Positions 58,545 to 64,000 of a DNA stretch of 64,000 bases are shown one piece after another; position 1 is the first letter of the stretch, and every line of letters begins with the position of its first letter. The notes beneath the pieces are model-generated. The model was not told the origin of the DNA. It made no database searches and worked only from the letters and a program-made list of their open reading frames with translations. The DNA comes from Acholeplasmataceae bacterium (lineage in GTDB: Bacteria; Bacillota_I; Bacilli_A; ML615J-28; CAG-698), in NCBI GenBank assembly GCA_012838705.1, contig DUOT01000109.1, positions 8,578 to 72,577 of the forward strand, written 5' to 3'. A program made the translations under genes and the position numbers.

Positions 58545-58832
58545 ATGAAACATTATAAGGGTATGTATATTATTCGCCCAGATCTAACAGAAGAACAAAC
58601 AAAAACTGTTGTTGAGGAAATTAATAAAATATTTGTTGATCACAACGGAACTGTTCTTAGTGTTGATGAATGGGGATTAAAGGATATGGCATACGAAATT
58701 CAAGACTTCAGAAAAGGTTATTATGTTGTGTTCACTGTAGAAGCGGATGCAGCAGCAGTTGAAGAATTTAACCGTATTGCTAATATTCGTGAAGATATTA
58801 TCCGTCATATAATCATTAAAGAGGATGATTAA
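58545..58832 (+). CDS. rpsF: 30S ribosomal protein S6
   Basis: MKHYKGMYIIRPDLTEEQ. Confidence 0.95.
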   Translation: MKHYKGMYIIRPDLTEEQTKTVVEEINKIFVDHNGTVLSVDEWGLKDMAYEIQDFRKGYYVVFTVEADAAAVEEFNRIANIREDIIRHIIIKEDD

Positions 58833-59299
58833 TGAATAGAGTTATTTTAGTTGGTAGAATTACCAAAGATCCTGAACTTCGCAGAACAAATTCTGATATC
58901 CCATATTGCTTTTTTACACTTGCTGTAAATAGGAGATATCAAAATAAAAACGGCGAAAAACAAACGGATTTTATCAATTGCGTAGCTTGGCGTCAAACAG
59001 CTGAATTACTTGCAAGATATATTACTAAAGGTAGTCAAATTGGTGTCGAAGGACAAATCCAAACACGTACTTACGATGAACCAACAGGGAATCGTAGATA
59101 TATTACTGAAGTAGTATGTGATTCAATTACATTTTTAGATACAAGAAGACAAGCTGATCGTGATTCGTTCCGTCAAGACTATGGACAATTTGATAATTAT
59201 TTTGATAATTATAATGATAATAATAAAGAGAATAAAAATCACGAAGATCCATTTTTAGATATCGATACTGATATCTCAAGTGATGATTTACCATTTTAA
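58832..59299 (+). CDS. ssb: Single-stranded DNA-binding protein
   Basis: OB fold [17 protein letters not shown] and an acidic tail ending DDLPF. Confidence 0.95.
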   Translation: MNRVILVGRITKDPELRRTNSDIPYCFFTLAVNRRYQNKNGEKQTDFINCVAWRQTAELLARYITKGSQIGVEGQIQTRTYDEPTGNRRYITEVVCDSITFLDTRRQADRDSFRQDYGQFDNYFDNYNDNNKENKNHEDPFLDIDTDISSDDLPF

Positions 59300-59310
59300 G
59301 GAGGTATATA

Positions 59311-59532
59311 ATGGCAGGCTATCGTCGACGTAAAAAAGTTTGTTATTTTACAGAGAATAAAATAGAAAAAATAGATTTTACAAACTATGAATTATTAAAG
59401 AGATTTATTTCTGATCGCGGTAAAATTTTACCACGTCGTGTTACTGGTACAAAAGCTAAATATCAACGTAAATTAGCTACCGCAATTAAACGTGCTCGTC
59501 ATATGGCTTTATTACCATTTGTAAAGGAATAA
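59311..59532 (+). CDS. rpsR: 30S ribosomal protein S18
   Basis: [24 protein letters not shown]. Confidence 0.95.
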   Translation: MAGYRRRKKVCYFTENKIEKIDFTNYELLKRFISDRGKILPRRVTGTKAKYQRKLATAIKRARHMALLPFVKE

Positions 59533-59558
59533 CCATAACTTTCGTTATGGTTTTTTTA
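59531..59558 (+). terminator. Terminator of the rpsF-ssb-rpsR operon
   Basis: AACCATAAC-tttcg-TTATGGTT followed by T7. Confidence 0.6.
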
Positions 59559-59677
59559 ATGGCTTTAGTAAATAATATTTTATTTTTCCTTTAAATGTGT
59601 TATAATAAAATAGGAACTAATCAATAAAACCTAATGACACAGAAAGGAGAAAGTAGAAATATTCTACTAACAATAAA

Positions 59678-61663
59678 ATGAAAAATAATAAGATTAAGCA
59701 TTTCAGTATTCTATTTATATTAAGTATTGCAATTTTAATAATTTTTATAAATTTTTTAATATATGACCTTCCTGATGTTTTATTATATCTAGGTTTTGTT
59801 TTATTAGGTTTAGGTTTAAGTTTAGAGATTAGTTTTTTCTCTCTTTATCACCAGCGTAATCGTATGAAGTTTTTAGAAGATCGAATGAAACTATGGAATA
59901 GTATTTCTTTCCGTGTCAAAAAGGCTGGAGAAATAGCTTTTAATGAAATGCCGATTGGGATTGTTGTTTTTAATCCTAATTTACAAATTGAATGGGCAAA
60001 TAATTATGCAAAAGAAATATTTTTAAGTCCATTAGTAGATCGTAATTTTCGAAATATAGATATTAATTTAGCGGACAATATTATTAAAAATAAAAAAGAG
60101 TTTATTGTAACTTTATACGGTAAGACATATTCATGTAGATTATTAATATCTGAAAATATTATATATTTAACTGATATTACTGAAAAAATTGCTTTAATGG
60201 AAAAATATGATCGGAGAATACTAGCCTTAGGAATTGTTAATTTAGATAATTTTGAAACTGCTTTAGGAGTTTTAGATGCTAAGGATCGTTCAATTCAAGT
60301 AAGTAATTTAATTGGAATATTAACTGAATGGGCAGATAAATATAATGTGTCTATAAAAGGTTATAGTGATGAGAGATTTATATTAATTCTTGATAAACAA
60401 AATTTAAATAGTTTAATTCAATCTAAATTTGATGTTCTTGATAATATTAAAGAATATTGTAATCGTGAGAATTTACGGATTACTGCTAGTATGGGTATTG
60501 CTTGTCGTGATATTGATACTATTGACTTAATGGATGAAGCAAATGAACAGCTTGAGCTAGCACTTAATCGTGGTGGTAATCAAGTAGTTGTAAAGGTAGA
60601 TGATGAAACACTTTACTTCGGTGCTAAAACAGAATCTATTGAAGCGAGAACTCCAATTAGTATTCGTTTCAAAACTGAAGAGTTAGTAGAACTAATTAAA
60701 AATGCAAGTAATATATTCATTCTAAGTCATAAATATATGGATGCGGATGGATTTGGATCTGCAATCGCACTCCGTGCAATTTGTAAGTCATTAGATCGAG
60801 AAGCAAAAATAATTTTTGATGAAGATTTAGTTGATGAAACAGTTGCAAATATTTATCAATCGATTAAAAAAGAACATATTATTTTTTTAAATGCTTTAAT
60901 TGATCCAAAAAAAGCTTATAATGAAATGACTGATGATTCACTTTTAATAATTACTGATTGTCAGTATCAAAGTCTTTTAATGGATGAAAAAGTATTTAAA
61001 AGGGCAAAACAAATTGCAATCATTGACCATCATCGTCAAAATACGATGGCAATTAGTGAAGCAAATTATATATATATTAATCCATCTGCTTCATCATCAG
61101 TAGAATTAATTGTAGAGATGCTAGATTTTATTGATGGTTATTATCTTTCTGAAATTGAAGCAACATGGTTATTAATTGGTATTCGTGTTGATACTAATAA
61201 CTTTGCATATCGAACAACAAGTCGAACATTTAATGTAGTTGCGAAACTGCAATCACTTGGTGCTGATATGGGGAAGGTCAGAAGGTATCTACGTGAAGAA
61301 TTTACTGATTATGTAAAGAGGACATCAATTCTAAACAATATGGAAATATTTGATGGTGAATATGGTATTGCTCTTTGCGATGATGATATTTATGAGCGGG
61401 CATTCCTTGCTAAGGTTGCTGACAATATGATTGGTGTTAAAGGAATTAAAATTGCATTTTGTATTGGTAAAATAAGTGAAGATACAGTTGGGATAAGTGC
61501 TCGTAGTTTAGAAGATGTAAATGTTCAAGTGATTATGGAGCGTCTTGGTGGTGGTGGACATTTTAATAATGCTGCTACACAAATAAAAGATATTACGATT
61601 GAAGATGCGAAAAAATTACTTGAAAAAACATTAAAATTATATGAAGGAGAAGGTCGTAAAAAT
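59678..61663 (+). CDS. gdpP: Cyclic-di-AMP phosphodiesterase GdpP (2TM-PAS-degenerate GGDEF-DHH/DHHA1), no stop codon before rplI
   Basis: Two N-terminal TM helices, a PAS-like region, DHH (AIIDHHRQN) and DHHA1 (GGGGH). The frame continues directly into rplI. Confidence 0.8.
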
Positions 61664-62110
61664 ATGAAAATTATACTAACAAAAGACATTAAAGGTCGTG
61701 GAAAGAAAAATGATATAATTGAGGTTCCGACAGGATATGCAAACCATCTTCTCAGAAATAAACAAGCAATTGCTGCTACTCCAGATAATATTAAGCAATT
61801 AGAATATGAAAAAAATCTTGAAAAAGAACGTGAATTAAAACATCTTAAAGAGATGGAAGCATTGAAGGAAAAAGTAGATTCTTCACCTCTAAAAATTGAA
61901 GTCAAAGTAGGAGAAAGTGGAAAGTTATTTGGTTCTGTAAGTACTAAAAATATTGTTGATGAATTTAAAAAACAATATGGTATTGAATTAGATAAAAGAA
62001 AATTAATATTAGATAGTGAGATTAATGGCCTTGGTACTTATCAAATTCCAATTCAATTACATAAAAATATTGTAGCCACAATCACACTATTTGTAGTTGA
62101 GAAAGTATAA
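61664..62110 (+). CDS. rplI: 50S ribosomal protein L9
   Basis: MKIILTKDIKGRGKKNDIIEVPTGYANHLL is collinear with B. subtilis L9. An internal RBS GGAGAAGG lies 10-14 nt upstream of the ATG. Confidence 0.85.
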   Translation: MKIILTKDIKGRGKKNDIIEVPTGYANHLLRNKQAIAATPDNIKQLEYEKNLEKERELKHLKEMEALKEKVDSSPLKIEVKVGESGKLFGSVSTKNIVDEFKKQYGIELDKRKLILDSEINGLGTYQIPIQLHKNIVATITLFVVEKV

Positions 62111-62112
62111 CT

Positions 62113-63441
62113 ATGGAAAAAAGAGAGAGAAGAATTCCTTATAATTTAGAAGCAGAGAAATATATTCTTGGTTGTATGTTGCTTGAACCAACCATTATTG
62201 GTGAGGTTGTATCGCGAATTTCCGCTAATAATTTTTATGGTGCGGAAAATAAAAATATTATGAAGGCGATAACAAATCTTTATGAAAATAATGAAGTAAT
62301 CGACCAAGTGAAAGTTGCTGATGAATTACAAAGGATGAATTTGCTAGAAGCTAGTGGGGGGATTAATTATTTGTTCGATATTATCGAAAGTATTCCTTCA
62401 GTAGCTAATGTAGATGCATATCTTGAAGTTATTGAAGAAAAGTCGCTTTTAAGAGAACTTTTAAGAGTTACTGATCGTGTTCGCGATAAGGTTCTTGAAG
62501 GTGATTTATCGTTTTCCGATATTGGTGCCAAAGCTGAAGAAGAAATGTTACGCGTTATTAATATGCGGAGAACTGAAGATGTAAAGAAGATTCATCGATT
62601 TACTAACCGTGTTTTAGAAATTATCGAAACAAATAAAAATAGCGATGGTCGGGTAACCGGACTTGATACTGGTTTTGAAGATTTAAATAAACTTACCTTT
62701 GGTTTCCAGAAAGGTGAATTAATAGTATTAGCTGCTCGTCCGGGGATTGGTAAATCAGCATTCGCATTAAATGTTGCCGCACATGCTTGTCAACATCATA
62801 ATGCAAGTGTTGCTTTCTTCTCATTAGAAATGGGAATTGACCAATTAACGATGCGACTTTTTAGTAGTTTTTCAGGACTATCAATTTCAAAAATTCGAAG
62901 TGGTAAATTAACAAGCAAAGAAATGGCAGCATTACTAGTTGCTAAGGCAGCTGTCGATAAGTTGAACTTATATTTAGATGAAACAAGTAATACTAATTTA
63001 AATGATATTAAAGCAAAATGTTTGAAATTAAAACGTGAAGGCTTATTAGATTTAATAATTATTGACTACTTACAATTAATCCAAGTACCGAATTTTAAAG
63101 GTACTAGAAATGAAGAAGTAGGAAGAATATCGAGAGGATTAAAACTTATGGCTCGGGAATTAGAGGTTCCTGTCCTTGCACTATCACAACTTTCTCGTGG
63201 TGTGGAATTAAGTGAAGATAAAAGACCACGTCTTGCCCATCTTCGAGAATCAGGTAGTATTGAGCAAGATGCCGATATCGTTATGTTCCTTCATCGTGAT
63301 CAACCAAGTAAAGATGAAGCAGTTCAAGTTCGTAACCATCGAACTGAGTTAATAGTTGCTAAGAATAGGCAAGGAGCAACCGATAGTATTTTCCTACTAT
63401 TTAAAGGAGCCCAAAGTACGTTTTGTAAGTATGAAGGATAA
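62113..63441 (+). CDS. dnaB: Replicative DNA helicase (DnaB family; dnaC in B. subtilis nomenclature)
   Basis: Walker A GIGKSAFALN, an N-terminal DnaB domain, and position after rplI. Confidence 0.95.
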   Translation: MEKRERRIPYNLEAEKYILGCMLLEPTIIGEVVSRISANNFYGAENKNIMKAITNLYENNEVIDQVKVADELQRMNLLEASGGINYLFDIIESIPSVANVDAYLEVIEEKSLLRELLRVTDRVRDKVLEGDLSFSDIGAKAEEEMLRVINMRRTEDVKKIHRFTNRVLEIIETNKNSDGRVTGLDTGFEDLNKLTFGFQKGELIVLAARPGIGKSAFALNVAAHACQHHNASVAFFSLEMGIDQLTMRLFSSFSGLSISKIRSGKLTSKEMAALLVAKAAVDKLNLYLDETSNTNLNDIKAKCLKLKREGLLDLIIIDYLQLIQVPNFKGTRNEEVGRISRGLKLMARELEVPVLALSQLSRGVELSEDKRPRLAHLRESGSIEQDADIVMFLHRDQPSKDEAVQVRNHRTELIVAKNRQGATDSIFLLFKGAQSTFCKYEG

Positions 63442-63456
63442 ATAACAGGAGGTAAA

Positions 63457-64000
63457 ATGTTAGATAGATTAGACATCATAGAAAGTCGTTATCAGAAATT
63501 ACATGAAATGCTACAAGAACCTGAAAATATAAATGATATAAAAAAATATACAAATATAATGAAAGAACTTCGTGGTCTTGAAGAAGTTGTACTAACATAC
63601 AGGGAATATAAAAAAGTTTTAGAAACTATTAAAGATTTAAAGGAATTAATATCTGAAGAAAAAGATCAAGAACTAAAAGAACTAGCGGATGCAGAATTAA
63701 AAGAAAATCTTGAAAAAGAAGAAAAACTTGAAGAAAAATTAAAAATATTATTAATTCCTAAAGATGAAAATGATGAGAAAAATGTAATTGTACAAATACG
63801 AGGAGCTGCTGGAGGTGAAGAAGCAAACCTCTTCGCTGCTGATTTATATAGAATGTATACTAAGTATGCAGAAAGCAAAAATTGGCGTGTTGAAGTAACG
63901 AATGCTGATGAAACAGGTATTGGTGGCTTTTCCGCAATTGACTTTATTATCTCTGGAGATTCTGTATATTCTTATTTGAAATATGAATCTGGTGCTCATC
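63457..64000 (+). CDS. prfA: Peptide chain release factor 1, 3' end truncated by the window edge
   Basis: MLDRLDIIESRYQKLHEML...VIVQIRGAAGGEEANLFAADLYRMYTKYAE is collinear with RF1. RBS GGAGGT. The frame is open to the window end. Confidence 0.85.
   Translation, partial: MLDRLDIIESRYQKLHEMLQEPENINDIKKYTNIMKELRGLEEVVLTYREYKKVLETIKDLKELISEEKDQELKELADAELKENLEKEEKLEEKLKILLIPKDENDEKNVIVQIRGAAGGEEANLFAADLYRMYTKYAESKNWRVEVTNADETGIGGFSAIDFIISGDSVYSYLKYESGAH

Noticed and set aside
63666-63878. 70-aa minus-strand ORF
   Set aside because: Antisense within prfA, whose plus-strand frame is open to the window end.
1-64000. Search for tRNA/rRNA genes, CRISPR repeats, transposases/integrases and prophage genes
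   Set aside because: None recognised. Intergenic gaps are short and are accounted for by promoters, leaders and terminators.

Overview
This is a chromosomal core-genome window of about 28-30% GC from a low-GC, spore-forming Firmicute. All calls rest on reading the translated ORFs and motifs by eye; no database searches were run. Gene order resembles Bacillus in places, but the oligopeptide transporter carries large Mollicute/Erysipelotrichia-style insertions. Most of the window is housekeeping genes: ylxQ-infB-rbfA, uvrC, rnj, def, rsuA-like, rpsP-ylqC-[P1B ATPase]-rimM-trmD-rplS, murC, a ccpA-like LacI regulator, T-box-controlled tyrS and pheST, trpS, an oppABCDF-type operon, spx, a second oppA paralog, yjbK-relQ-ppnK, clpP, ispH, split chrA, efp, coaX, uppP, tkt, pepV, trmB, rpsF-ssb-rpsR, gdpP-rplI-dnaB and prfA. 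Several Bacillus-type sporulation genes are scattered through it: gerE, a yjcZ-like small ORF, ylbD/ylbE, a CotD-like and a CotZ/CotY-like coat protein, and sspI. No tRNA, rRNA, CRISPR array or transposase/integrase was seen. The items most worth a second look are (1) a TIR/nucleoside-deoxyribosyltransferase-like flavodoxin-fold protein translationally coupled behind relQ-ppnK, (2) OppC with a roughly 470-aa, seven-blade RCC1-like beta-propeller in its first extracytoplasmic loop, and OppF with a roughly 320-aa coiled-coil insert, (3) gdpP and rplI in one frame with no stop codon between them, (4) gerE followed directly by an N-terminally extended KapD-like DEDDh exonuclease, and (5) a membrane-anchored PTS-EIIB-like domain that lacks the catalytic Cys. 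Coordinates I derived by hand may be off by 1-2 nt.
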